Position numbers and translations under genes: made by a program. Below the pieces are notes generated by a model. That model made no database searches, had not been told where the DNA came from, and saw only the letters and a program-made list of their open reading frames with translations. DNA of 54,085 nucleotides from an uncultured bacterium (lineage in GTDB: Bacteria > Patescibacteriota > Minisyncoccia > Phycocordibacterales > UBA1006). Shown in pieces: positions 25,328 through 34,236 of this stretch; the first letter of the stretch is position 1; each line of letters starts with the position of its first letter. The stretch covers positions 1-54,085 of the forward strand of contig CALMMZ010000232.1 of the NCBI GenBank assembly GCA_937868685.1. The letters are read 5' to 3'.

Positions 25328-25672
25328 ATGGCAAGAATTATCGTTAGACCACCAGGTTCAGGCAGACAATTTAGACATGGTGGTTTCCATTCATATCACA
25401 GAGGTAGTCCCATTCCAGGATTTGTGGGTGGAGTGTTTGGTGGTTTGATTGGTTCTGCAATTGCAAATTCAAATCGCGATGACTATGATGAAAGAGACAT
25501 TGAAGAAGAAAATGATGCCCGTGTAAAGAAGTTACTGGACTTCATTAATACAGCACCTCCAGGTGCCACAGTGAAATTAACACCAGATGAATTCAAACTC
25601 CTAAGCATGAAACAAATGGTATATTGGCAAGAAAAGCAACCATTTGTAGCAGGGAGATTGATCGAACAATAA
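25328..25672 (+). CDS. hypothetical glycine-zipper membrane protein
   Basis: The ATG at 25328 follows GGGGGAAGGA. GFVGGVFGGLIGSAIA is a GxxxG-type zipper segment, followed by an acidic soluble tail. Confidence 0.55.
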   Translation: MARIIVRPPGSGRQFRHGGFHSYHRGSPIPGFVGGVFGGLIGSAIANSNRDDYDERDIEEENDARVKKLLDFINTAPPGATVKLTPDEFKLLSMKQMVYWQEKQPFVAGRLIEQ

Positions 25673-25686
25673 CTAAGGATTTTATT

Positions 25687-26844
25687 ATGACAGTTTTTGA
25701 TCTTGACCTTAAGTTGGAAGAAAAAGAAGATAGGTATACTCTGCCACGAGATAGAATCCTACAAAGATTCTACTCTGATGGTGCATATACTACGCGGTAT
25801 GACAATATTACTCGCAATAGGACTATCACAGAAACAGAGAAGGTCTTTTACACAGACCTTCCTGAAAAAGCAGATATGTTCCACATAAACTATCTATCTT
25901 ATCTCAATTCCTCATACGCAATGCATAGAAAAATTGTATTGACACCAGACATTTTTTGGTATACAATTACATGTGAAATTGCGAAGCATGTGAAGAAATT
26001 TCCAGAGGAACACAGAAGTCTATTCACAAGACAACCAGGTAAGGTTAGTATTATTGTTCCTTGTTCCTCAGAGGAAGAACCTCTGAGAATGGATGCAATC
26101 TATGATAAACTGATGGAACTTGTGCCTACAAATACAAAGGCATTCCTTCCAAAGTTTTCTACAACCACTGAGAATTCCAGAATGGCAACACTTGCCGCGT
26201 TCCTGGAAACATGCTCACCTTACTACAATTATATGATGCTTCTGTGTGGTTTCATATCAATTAAGGTAACTGGTACTCTGGATGATTGGGACAAGTTATA
26301 TGAATGCCTGAATGAATTGATTGTAAACTTCAATTCTATTGGTAGCTCACTTGCTCATTTCTTGACTTTTTCAGTTGCACCTATTGTTCTGGGTATTATC
26401 GAGGCTCTGAAGAGGAAGGATTCTGAATTCTTTAAGGATATCTTCTATGATAAGAGGTGTGGTTCTGGGCATGATGCGGTTGATGGATGGTTCACAAAGA
26501 TGTTTATGGAAATTCCTAACCCAGCAAAGGTTGATAATTTTTCATCACACATCACAGTAGTTCCTTATACAACCTTACCATCTGGTAGAAATTGGAATAT
26601 GGTATTTGCTTTGGCACATTCAAACAAAGACAAGGATGGATTCCTTGTTCCTGAGTTTTCTCGTGCTCAAATGCTCAAGTTACCAAACCCAGTTTATACA
26701 ACGATTGAACCACAAGAACCCATTTTACCTAGGTATGAGGTTTATGACGTTAAGGCAAATACCCGCACATTGAAGGCAGAATATACTATAGAACAATCTC
26801 AAGACCTGGAAGCTGTGCATAGTATCGGAGAGGAAGATGAATAA
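25687..26844 (+). CDS. DUF4419-like protein with C-terminal major-capsid-like segment
   Basis: 385 aa. SSYAMHRKIVLTPDIFWYTITCEIAKHV and CGSGHDAVDGWFTKMF fit my recollection of DUF4419. The last 30 aa (TRTLKAEYTIEQSQDLEAVHSI) copy a gp23 segment. Confidence 0.65.
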   Translation: MTVFDLDLKLEEKEDRYTLPRDRILQRFYSDGAYTTRYDNITRNRTITETEKVFYTDLPEKADMFHINYLSYLNSSYAMHRKIVLTPDIFWYTITCEIAKHVKKFPEEHRSLFTRQPGKVSIIVPCSSEEEPLRMDAIYDKLMELVPTNTKAFLPKFSTTTENSRMATLAAFLETCSPYYNYMMLLCGFISIKVTGTLDDWDKLYECLNELIVNFNSIGSSLAHFLTFSVAPIVLGIIEALKRKDSEFFKDIFYDKRCGSGHDAVDGWFTKMFMEIPNPAKVDNFSSHITVVPYTTLPSGRNWNMVFALAHSNKDKDGFLVPEFSRAQMLKLPNPVYTTIEPQEPILPRYEVYDVKANTRTLKAEYTIEQSQDLEAVHSIGEEDE

Positions 26845-26989
26845 TTCAAACACATCAAATACCATAACTGAGGTGGATTTTGACTTTTTCTTAACTTTCC
26901 CTCTAGATATGCCGGATTTAAAAATTGATGAAGGCCCAGCATTTATGAATGTGATTTTCAAATATGAATATTGGGGAGATAAAGACTGA
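26837..26989 (+). CDS. hypothetical 50-aa protein
   Basis: ORF below the track cutoff. Its ATG overlaps the upstream stop (ATGAATAA), and its TGA overlaps the gp62 ATG (TGATG), which suggests translational coupling on both sides. Confidence 0.4.
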   Translation: MNNSNTSNTITEVDFDFFLTFPLDMPDLKIDEGPAFMNVIFKYEYWGDKD

Positions 26990-27420
26990 TGGCGGACCTA
27001 TTTAAGGAAATTATCCCTGCTATACTGCAAACCAAGCAAAATGTCCTGGAAGAGGAAAAAGACTATGTGCCATTCATTGTAAATAGAGCATTATCCTATC
27101 ACTATGATTGTATTATGTTTGCCAATGAAATGAACAGGTTGCCTAATCTGGACCGGAAGCTTCAGTTTGATTTTTATCTAAATACCATTAGGTCATATAA
27201 GAGACCTTTTCAAAAATGGCAAAAGCGCGAAACTGTTGAAGATTTGGAAATTATCAAAGAATATTTTAACTATTCTAACGAAAAGGCCAAGCAAGCTATG
27301 ACAGTCCTGACTTCTGCCCAAATTGATGAAATAAGAACAAAAATATATAAAGGTGGAAGTGAAAATGGTCCAAAACATAGACGAACTATTCAAGGAGCTA
27401 ATAGAGGTAAAGCTTCATAA
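26989..27420 (+). CDS. gp62: clamp loader small subunit gp62
   Basis: KDYVPFIVNRALSYHYDCIMFANEMN vs T4 gp62 [26 protein letters not shown]. Lies immediately upstream of regA, as in T4. Confidence 0.8.
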   Translation: MADLFKEIIPAILQTKQNVLEEEKDYVPFIVNRALSYHYDCIMFANEMNRLPNLDRKLQFDFYLNTIRSYKRPFQKWQKRETVEDLEIIKEYFNYSNEKAKQAMTVLTSAQIDEIRTKIYKGGSENGPKHRRTIQGANRGKAS

Positions 27421-27787
27421 CGAAGATGACTTCCTAAAGGTTAGGGAAACCTTAACACGTATCGGGGTCGCACCAAAAAAGGACAAAATCCTCTATCAAT
27501 CTTGCCATATTCTACACAAACAGGGTAGATATGCAATTGTTCATTTCAAACAAATGTTCCTATTAGATGGTAAGAATTCTGACTTTTCAGAAGACGATAG
27601 AGCTAGGTTAAATACGATTGCAAACCTTCTTGAGGAATGGGGTCTGGTGGAAATAGTTAACCCAGCCAAAACTGTGAGTCCAGTCGCACCTTTGAATCAA
27701 ATAAAAATCATCACTCATAAAGAAAAACCAGAGTGGCAATTAGTGGCAAAATATACATTTGGAAAGAATATACAGCGAAAGGAATAA
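27365..27787 (+). CDS. regA: translational repressor RegA
   Basis: EDDFLKVRETLTRIGVAPKKDKILYQSCHILHKQGRYAIVHFKQMF vs T4 PEDFLKVKETLTRMGIANNKDKVLYQSCHILQKKGLYYIVHFKEML. Confidence 0.95.
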   Translation: MVQNIDELFKELIEVKLHNEDDFLKVRETLTRIGVAPKKDKILYQSCHILHKQGRYAIVHFKQMFLLDGKNSDFSEDDRARLNTIANLLEEWGLVEIVNPAKTVSPVAPLNQIKIITHKEKPEWQLVAKYTFGKNIQRKE

Positions 27788-27790
27788 ATT

Positions 27791-28009
27791 ATGAGTGTGA
27801 AACCGGATTTTGAATCTTATACAGCACATGGGGTTGTCGTGGGACCTAATGAACTAGTAGTTGAACAGTCGGTGAGATTGGAAATGATTAAACTACTACT
27901 ACCACAAAATCCAAATGCACCACTAATATCGGTGTTAAAAATAGCAAATCTTTATACTGACTTTATTTTGAGAGGTGATATACCGAATGACAAAACTAAA
28001 ATTTTATAA
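27791..28009 (+). CDS. hypothetical protein
   Basis: 72-aa ORF tightly packed between regA and dut. Confidence 0.5.
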   Translation: MSVKPDFESYTAHGVVVGPNELVVEQSVRLEMIKLLLPQNPNAPLISVLKIANLYTDFILRGDIPNDKTKIL

Positions 28010-28544
28010 GACACACCCAGACATTGAACTACCAAAGTTTCAGACAGAGCAAAGTGCCTGTTTTGATATTTGCTTTAGACAAGATGGTAAAACTCACTAT
28101 GAGGGATTTAATTCTTTCAATTCACCAATAAAGAGAAATTTCTCCACCGCTTCAATTCATATTGCTTCCGGCGAAAGAGTTATGGTTCCTACCGGTTTGA
28201 TCATGGATATCCCTGAAGGATACTCAGTCAGAGTCCATCCAAGGTCTGGTCTATCATTCAAGAAAGGTATTATTCTTGCGAATTTGGAAGGTATTGTTGA
28301 CTCGGATTATGTTGAGGAACTATTCCTGCTTATCCACAATACCTCATTGCTTGGGATTACTTTCCAGAATGGTGACAGACTTGCTCAGGGGGAATTGATT
28401 AAGTTGGAAACATACACAATGGAAGAAACTACCGAACGTCCTGCTAAGAAGACCAGCAGGGATGGTGGTATGGGTTCCACTGGTGTTTCAAAGGAAAAAA
28501 AGGTCAAGACTGAGAAAAAGCTTGACAAAGAAGAAGCAGTATAG
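27987..28544 (+). CDS. dut: dUTP pyrophosphatase (trimeric dUTPase) with Lys-rich C-terminal tail
   Basis: Motifs SACFDI, HPRSGLSFKKG, GIVDSDY and RDGGMGSTG. The ATG at 27987 is preceded by GAGGTGA. Confidence 0.85.
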   Translation: MTKLKFYKTHPDIELPKFQTEQSACFDICFRQDGKTHYEGFNSFNSPIKRNFSTASIHIASGERVMVPTGLIMDIPEGYSVRVHPRSGLSFKKGIILANLEGIVDSDYVEELFLLIHNTSLLGITFQNGDRLAQGELIKLETYTMEETTERPAKKTSRDGGMGSTGVSKEKKVKTEKKLDKEEAV

Positions 28545-28552
28545 TATAAATA
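28545..28552 (+). promoter_or_regulatory. T4-type late promoter (exact TATAAATA)
   Basis: Exact TATAAATA right after the dut stop, 92 nt upstream of the hsp20 ATG. Confidence 0.5.
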
Positions 28553-28643
28553 CAGAGTTGGGGTGATAGGTGTTGCGTTCCCCAACCACTTGCCTAATGG
28601 GAGTGGAAAACACCAAAACTTGCTTAAAGAGGAGTTTAAAAGC

Positions 28644-29111
28644 ATGACAAACGATCTAGATAAAATTTGGCCTTCCCTAACAAAGGGTGCTATTGGTTTT
28701 GATGACCTTGTGAATAGAATCAAGAAATTCAATGCAGGAACACTTCCAACTGTTCCAACATACCCACCTTACAATATCAAGAAGACCGATGAAAACACCT
28801 ATGTCATTGAAGTGGCATTAGCAGGGTTTTCAAAGAACGATATTACACTTGAATTGAGGGACAGTACCCTGGTAATTTCAGGATCCATCAAGTCGAATGA
28901 ACAGAATGATTATATCTTTAATGGTATCGCAGACAGAGCATTTACACATAGATTTACTCTCGCTGATACAATCGAAGTTAAGAATGCTGATCTGATTAAT
29001 GGTATGCTGAAGATTTGGTTAGAAAAGTTTATTCCAGAATCTTCTAAACCAAAGATCATCGACATTAACGATGGTTCGGAAACAAAGTCAAAGAAAAAAG
29101 ACGTTGCTTAA
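28644..29111 (+). CDS. hsp20: small heat-shock protein (Hsp20/IbpA family)
   Basis: PPYNIKKTDENTYVIEVALAGFSKNDITLELRDSTLVISG vs IbpA [22 protein letters not shown].... The ATG at 28644 follows an AGAGGAG SD. Confidence 0.9.
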   Translation: MTNDLDKIWPSLTKGAIGFDDLVNRIKKFNAGTLPTVPTYPPYNIKKTDENTYVIEVALAGFSKNDITLELRDSTLVISGSIKSNEQNDYIFNGIADRAFTHRFTLADTIEVKNADLINGMLKIWLEKFIPESSKPKIIDINDGSETKSKKKDVA

Positions 29112-29125
29112 TTTGAAGTAATTTG

Positions 29126-29154
29126 AAAGGCGGGCCCGCAAGGCTCGCCTTTTT
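29126..29154 (+). terminator. intrinsic terminator after hsp20
   Basis: GGCGGGCC-cgcaa-GGCTCGCC stem with one G-U pair, flanked by AAA and TTTTT. Confidence 0.8.
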
Positions 29155-29190
29155 GACTAAATACCTCAAACCACTAAAGAGGGACAAATA

Positions 29191-30030
29191 ATGAGCACCA
29201 TTAGCATACCATTACAACTACAAACCTACCTAAAGAAAAACGGATTCTATAAGGGTGCCCTTGATGGGAAACTAGGATCAAGCACATATGATGCTATCGC
29301 ATTAGCAATCCAAGCACAAGGTGTCAACACCAAGGGTTGGAACAAAAAGAGATTATATACAGGTGGCCAGCAAGTTCTATTCAGAGCAAATAAAATCGAA
29401 ACAGGTATTGTTGATGGCAAAGAAGGTCATGTAACAGAATACGCAAGAGAAAAGTTCCTTGCACTGATCACCATAAACTATGTTGATGAAACGGAGAAGT
29501 TGGTAGATGTAGGTGCAATTAAACCTGTTCCCGTGAAAGTTTCCTCTTCTGCAATTTCTTCATCACACTGGCCACTACAAAAGAATTGCACTTCATTTTA
29601 TGGCAAACCAGGATCAAATCAGGTAGATGCGATCATGCCATATCCATTGCGTGTTGCATGGGACTTGAAGTCAACTGTTAAGAAATTCAGTGTTCACAGA
29701 CTAGTGAAGGTGAACATTGAAAGAGTCTTTCAAAGAACCCTTGATTACTATGGTTATGAAAGAATTAAGGAACTGCACCTTGATCTTTGGGGTGGTTGCC
29801 TAAATGTTCGTAAGATGCGTGGAGGAAAGAATTACTCTATGCACTCTTGGGGTATTGCAGTTGACATGGATCCAGATAGAAATGGATTCAAGACTTCATG
29901 GAAGAATGCGGAATTCTCTAAACCTGCTTACAAGCAGTGGGTTCAATTTTGGTATGATGAAGGTGCTATCAATCTTGGTCTAGAGAGAAACTTTGATCCT
30001 ATGCACTTTCAGTTTGCACGTTTGAGATAA
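29191..30030 (+). CDS. endolysin: peptidoglycan-binding domain + M15-type zinc peptidase
   Basis: The N-terminal LQTYLKKNGFYKGALDGKLGSSTYDAI is a PG_binding_1-like motif. The C-terminal HSWGIAVDMDP ... DPMHFQ gives M15-like His/Asp/His zinc ligands. Confidence 0.75.
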   Translation: MSTISIPLQLQTYLKKNGFYKGALDGKLGSSTYDAIALAIQAQGVNTKGWNKKRLYTGGQQVLFRANKIETGIVDGKEGHVTEYAREKFLALITINYVDETEKLVDVGAIKPVPVKVSSSAISSSHWPLQKNCTSFYGKPGSNQVDAIMPYPLRVAWDLKSTVKKFSVHRLVKVNIERVFQRTLDYYGYERIKELHLDLWGGCLNVRKMRGGKNYSMHSWGIAVDMDPDRNGFKTSWKNAEFSKPAYKQWVQFWYDEGAINLGLERNFDPMHFQFARLR

Positions 30031-30045
30031 GAAAGGTTTTATATT

Positions 30046-30483
30046 ATGGAAAATTATGTTTCGGAAAGATCACTTGAATTGCAGGAAATGGCATTGATAC
30101 GAATTAAACAACTGCAATCAGAAGTGGATGCAATGATTACTGAAGCAGGCGGAGCCCCAGGTGGACAAATCAAAGACTTTAAGTTACTGTCTAAGGAAAA
30201 ACTCCTAGAGGCCGCAGCAAAACTACAGGAAGTGGATGATCTTTTCATTAAATTCTGTCCAATACAGAGTATCGTTAAGGAAGTTCAGGAAACTACACAT
30301 TGCATCCAAGATATGGTGGATTTGATTACTGAATCTGATATAGCAGTTCAGGGTGAAATTGAACAACTAAGTGAATTGATCCAGAAGATGAAAGCATCGG
30401 GAAAAACAGATACAGAAATTCTTGATGAACTTGAATCAGTTATGAAACATATCATTGAGTATTGTAAGACTGGGTGGAGATAA
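30046..30483 (+). CDS. hypothetical acidic helical protein
   Basis: 145-aa ORF. Confidence 0.55.
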   Translation: MENYVSERSLELQEMALIRIKQLQSEVDAMITEAGGAPGGQIKDFKLLSKEKLLEAAAKLQEVDDLFIKFCPIQSIVKEVQETTHCIQDMVDLITESDIAVQGEIEQLSELIQKMKASGKTDTEILDELESVMKHIIEYCKTGWR

Positions 30484-30484
30484 T

Positions 30485-31045
30485 ATGAGTAGTTTGAGAA
30501 ATTTTTGTATGATTACAAAAGATGCGTTGGATGTTAGGGTTTGTGATGAATTGATTGAAGTCTTCAAAGCAAACCCCGACTACCATGAAAGATATGATAA
30601 TAATGGTACCCCAAATTTCACGCAACTAAATCTCACAAAACATAAAGAATTGATTCCTGAAATTCAGGCATATCTGTCTTGGCAGGCCTGGGGTTTACTA
30701 CAAACATATAAGGAATCAGTATCAGAAACCAAATACTGGCCTGAACAATATATGTTTGAAGAATTCAGAATCAAACATTACAAGGGGGATGGTCACGATC
30801 AATTTGATATGCATGTGGACGCAATCTCAGCATCCACCGCAAAAAGGTTCTTTGCTTTCTTCTGGTATCTGAATGATGTTGAAGAAGGTGGTGAAACAGT
30901 ATTCCCAACCCTTGATCTGGTTGTTAAGCCAACCAAGTCAACCAGTTTCATGTTTCCACCATTGTGGTTATATCCACACAGAGGAAACCCAGTAACAAAA
31001 GGTGAAAAGTACCTATTGAGTTCATACCTACATTATATGGAGTAA
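30485..31045 (+). CDS. 2OG-Fe(II) oxygenase (prolyl 4-hydroxylase-like)
   Basis: IKHYKGDGHDQFDMHVD contains an HxD. GGETVFP and a distal His in LYPHRGNPV. The ATG at 30485 follows GGAG. Confidence 0.7.
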   Translation: MSSLRNFCMITKDALDVRVCDELIEVFKANPDYHERYDNNGTPNFTQLNLTKHKELIPEIQAYLSWQAWGLLQTYKESVSETKYWPEQYMFEEFRIKHYKGDGHDQFDMHVDAISASTAKRFFAFFWYLNDVEEGGETVFPTLDLVVKPTKSTSFMFPPLWLYPHRGNPVTKGEKYLLSSYLHYME

Positions 31046-31047
31046 TT

Positions 31048-31794
31048 ATGGAAGTTAAAGTATTACCCACGGTGGTGGTGATCACACCCACCATCGGCCA
31101 GGATTCGCTTGAAAAAGCAATTGAATCTGTCAAAAATCAAACATATACAAATATCAGACACCTGATTGTTATTGATGGCCCACACTATTATGGAACAGCT
31201 CTCAATATAATCGATAAGAATATGTCCAGTGAGCATAATGTTATGATTGCAACTCTACCAGAAAATACTGGTGCAAACGGTTTCTATGGTCATAGAGTAT
31301 ATGCAGCATTCCCACATCTAGTCAATGAAGACCTTGTTGCCTTTCTTGACGAGGATAATTGGTGGGATCCAGATCACATTCAAAGTCTAGTCGATACATT
31401 TAAGGAAAATAAGGATTGTGCATGGGTTCACTCATTGCGCAAAGTATATGTTGGTGATGAATTCCTAGCAAATGATTGCTGTGAATCTATTGGTAGATGG
31501 CCTATTGCATGGACAGCAGATAGAAACGATCCTGAATATCTTGTTGACACATCTTCCTATCTTTTTCATCGCGAATTCATAAAACAGACCTGTCATTTGT
31601 GGCATTGGGGTTGGGGTGGTGATAGACGATTCTTTATGTTGGTAAAAGATGCTGCACCCTATGCAACCTCAGGAAAGCATACATTGAATTACAAGTTGCC
31701 AGATATGAACAAGGCATATGGTGGTCAAATGGACATTTTTGAAAAGTACAATGAAGAAACAAAACGAAAATATGGAGGATATCCTTGGAATTAG
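31048..31794 (+). CDS. family 2 glycosyltransferase
   Basis: VVVITPTIGQDSLEKAIESVKNQTY is a typical GT2 N-terminus. DxD-like FLDEDNWW. Confidence 0.8.
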   Translation: MEVKVLPTVVVITPTIGQDSLEKAIESVKNQTYTNIRHLIVIDGPHYYGTALNIIDKNMSSEHNVMIATLPENTGANGFYGHRVYAAFPHLVNEDLVAFLDEDNWWDPDHIQSLVDTFKENKDCAWVHSLRKVYVGDEFLANDCCESIGRWPIAWTADRNDPEYLVDTSSYLFHREFIKQTCHLWHWGWGGDRRFFMLVKDAAPYATSGKHTLNYKLPDMNKAYGGQMDIFEKYNEETKRKYGGYPWN

Positions 31795-32438
31795 TAACTC
31801 TTAAGATAATCGAGGGAAACCTCCAATCACAGTGTCGCCAAGATGAATGGGTTTTGGAAGAAACAAACAAGAAACGAAACGGATATTTTGTAGAATTCGG
31901 TGCAACAGATGGTAAGACGATTAGCAACACCTATGGTCTTGAAAAAGACTATGGGTGGACTGGTATCGTAGCAGAGGCAAATCCAATATACAAGGATGCA
32001 TTGATTGCTAATAGATCATGCGCAATCTATACAGGTGCAGTATATACCCATGATGATGGTGTGAAATTCAATATGACCGTTGCTTCTGATCTATCAACCA
32101 TTAGTGGTTATGGTACAGATGATGAACATGCAATCAATAGACTTTCGGGGAATCTTATCAATGTTGAAACATGCACCTTGAGACAGTTGCTTGAACGTAA
32201 TGACGCACCAACAAATATCGACTATATATCTATAGACACAGAGGGCAGTGAATATGACATCCTTAAGTGTTTCTTTGATGATCCACAGTCAGACAAATAT
32301 AATGTTCAGTTATTTACTGTTGAGCATAATTTTACTCCAGCAAGAGAGAAAATTAAAGGACTGATGGAAGAACAAGGATATGAGAGAGTAAGAACTGACA
32401 TATCCAGATTTGATGATTTTTATAGGAAGAAAATATGA
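31785..32438 (+). CDS. FkbM-family methyltransferase
   Basis: SQCRQDEWVLE ... GYFVEFGATDGKTISNTYGLEKDYGWTGIVAEANP fits the FkbM pattern. Confidence 0.7.
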   Translation: MELVTLKIIEGNLQSQCRQDEWVLEETNKKRNGYFVEFGATDGKTISNTYGLEKDYGWTGIVAEANPIYKDALIANRSCAIYTGAVYTHDDGVKFNMTVASDLSTISGYGTDDEHAINRLSGNLINVETCTLRQLLERNDAPTNIDYISIDTEGSEYDILKCFFDDPQSDKYNVQLFTVEHNFTPAREKIKGLMEEQGYERVRTDISRFDDFYRKKI

Positions 32439-33319
32439 GCAAGACTGCAATAATTGGTGGTGCTTCTGGCTACACCTGGAACGATTTGAAGTATTGGGTG
32501 AATTCTATTAGACAAACTGATTTTGATGGTGATATTGTTATTGTTACTGACAATATGACAGTTGAAACTCAGGACAAGTTACTTGAAAAGAATGTTCTTA
32601 TCCATGCATTTGGAAATAGAAATTCTGAAGGTAATGTAGTAAATCTAGAGAAGAATTTACCTCCCCATGTATCTAGGTTTTTCTACATTTGGGATTTTCT
32701 AAATCGAAATGAATATGATATAGTTACAGTAACAGATACTCGTGACGTTATCTTCCAAAGCAATCCAGATACCTATTTGAGATTCTTTTCACTCGGTAAT
32801 ATTGTTGGATCCAAAGAAGGATTGACTTATGAAAATGAACCTTGGGGTAAATCAAATCTCTTCCAGTCTTTTGGGCCATACTTCTATAATAGGATTAAGG
32901 ATAAGGAAATTTTGAATGTTGGTGTTATTGGTGGTGATGCAGCTTCCATTAAGGACCTAATGCTTTTAATTTTCCAGTTGAGTTTTAATAGACCAATTCC
33001 AATTGTAGACCAGGCAGTCTATAATTTCATTCGATATGAATTTGAAAAATCATTCCACTTTATGGATAACGAGAGTCCATGGGCAATTAATCTTGGTACC
33101 ACTATCGAGGCAGTAAAGGCGGGATATGGTGATCTTGGGCAAGCTTGCCGATATGATCATAAGTTACTTGAAAAGTACGAAAAAGATTACCTACTCATGC
33201 AACCAGTAATTAAAGGTGATACTGTGATGAATTCTGATGGTGGACAATATTATGTGGTGCATCAATACGATAGAGTACCAAAACTAAAAGATATGATCCA
33301 AATTAAGTATGGAGACTGA
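32435..33319 (+). CDS. hypothetical protein, possible nucleotide-diphospho-sugar transferase
   Basis: 294 aa within the glyco-island. VTVTDTRDVIFQSNP is a DxD-like acidic motif. This is a weak assignment. Confidence 0.35.
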   Translation: MSKTAIIGGASGYTWNDLKYWVNSIRQTDFDGDIVIVTDNMTVETQDKLLEKNVLIHAFGNRNSEGNVVNLEKNLPPHVSRFFYIWDFLNRNEYDIVTVTDTRDVIFQSNPDTYLRFFSLGNIVGSKEGLTYENEPWGKSNLFQSFGPYFYNRIKDKEILNVGVIGGDAASIKDLMLLIFQLSFNRPIPIVDQAVYNFIRYEFEKSFHFMDNESPWAINLGTTIEAVKAGYGDLGQACRYDHKLLEKYEKDYLLMQPVIKGDTVMNSDGGQYYVVHQYDRVPKLKDMIQIKYGD

Positions 33320-33320
33320 T

Positions 33321-33884
33321 ATGAATAATGACGTTGGTATGATGCTCAAAGACCCCGAGTTATATACCGTTAAAGAAAAGATGACTGTGCAAATGTGGCC
33401 ACCTTCAATCGATAATGTTGCTGATAGCATGATGCCATATGTCAATAGAATGGCAGCACCCGTCAGAATTCTCATTGTGGGAACATTCAATGGTGAAGCA
33501 GCATATCGTTTCCTAGAATTGGATGAAAAGAAAAAGATAGGTGAAATAGTTTCCTTAAGTATCACAGACGACGAAATCCCATTTAACATAACTGCGGAAA
33601 GAAACCTGCAAGGAAAGGACGTTGTTCTCGGAACAAGTATTCCCGAAACAGAGTTATTTGACCTGGTATTTGTAAATTCGGAAACTAAGATTCCACTTGA
33701 CAGTCTTTATGAAAAATACTATAATAACGTCAAAGTAGGTGGTATCATCTGTGGAAATGATCACCACAAAGAAAAGGTGCGGGAATATTTGGCAGTTTTT
33801 ATGAGGGAAAAGAAATTAGGACTATCCCTGAATATTTCCAATAGAACAGTGTGGTTTTTATATAAGCACGCAAGGAGAGGTTAG
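33321..33884 (+). CDS. class I SAM-dependent methyltransferase-like protein
   Basis: ILIVGTFNGEAAYRFLE is glycine-rich and motif I-like. DLVFVNSE and GGIICGNDH. The ATG at 33321 follows GGAGA. Confidence 0.5.
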   Translation: MNNDVGMMLKDPELYTVKEKMTVQMWPPSIDNVADSMMPYVNRMAAPVRILIVGTFNGEAAYRFLELDEKKKIGEIVSLSITDDEIPFNITAERNLQGKDVVLGTSIPETELFDLVFVNSETKIPLDSLYEKYYNNVKVGGIICGNDHHKEKVREYLAVFMREKKLGLSLNISNRTVWFLYKHARRG

Positions 33885-33885
33885 T

Positions 33886-34236
33886 ATGGAATTACCATTG
33901 ACAACAATCAATACATATCCTGTGGAACTTTTCAAAACAGACAAGATCAAAACATTGGTTGACAATAAAAGGTGTTTTATTATATTGGGAGAGCCCAGCA
34001 GCTCAAATCTTATCGATGTGGATAAGATTGTAGGTGTTGTAAATGAACTGAAAGAAGACAAAGAAGATTTAATCGTTGATTTTAATGTATTGAAAACTCC
34101 AATGGGAACATTGTTCCAAGCTTTGTTTGACAACAATGCAAAAATAGCATTGCGTCCTTGTGGTGTTGGGCAAGTCGATCTTAATAACAACGTAACTGAA
34201 TATACACTCAACTATTTTTGGATTGATGCAGCATGA
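33886..34236 (+). CDS. truncated, catalytically inactive paralog of prohead protease gp21
   Basis: KRCFIILGEPSSSN...VLKTPMGTLFQALFDNNAKIALRPCGVGQ aligns with gp21 NRAFGELGHPDTPS...VLDTPMGNIVKGLLDGGACLGVSTRGVGS. His is replaced by Glu and Ser by Arg. Confidence 0.7.
   Translation: MELPLTTINTYPVELFKTDKIKTLVDNKRCFIILGEPSSSNLIDVDKIVGVVNELKEDKEDLIVDFNVLKTPMGTLFQALFDNNAKIALRPCGVGQVDLNNNVTEYTLNYFWIDAA

Noticed and set aside
27365-27420. 56-nt overlap between the gp62 3' end and regA, considered as a possible frameshift or fusion site.
   Set aside because: Both ORFs are complete, and each matches its T4 counterpart end to end. No slippery sequence is evident, so this is a simple overlap. An alternative upstream GTG (27353) only makes it longer.
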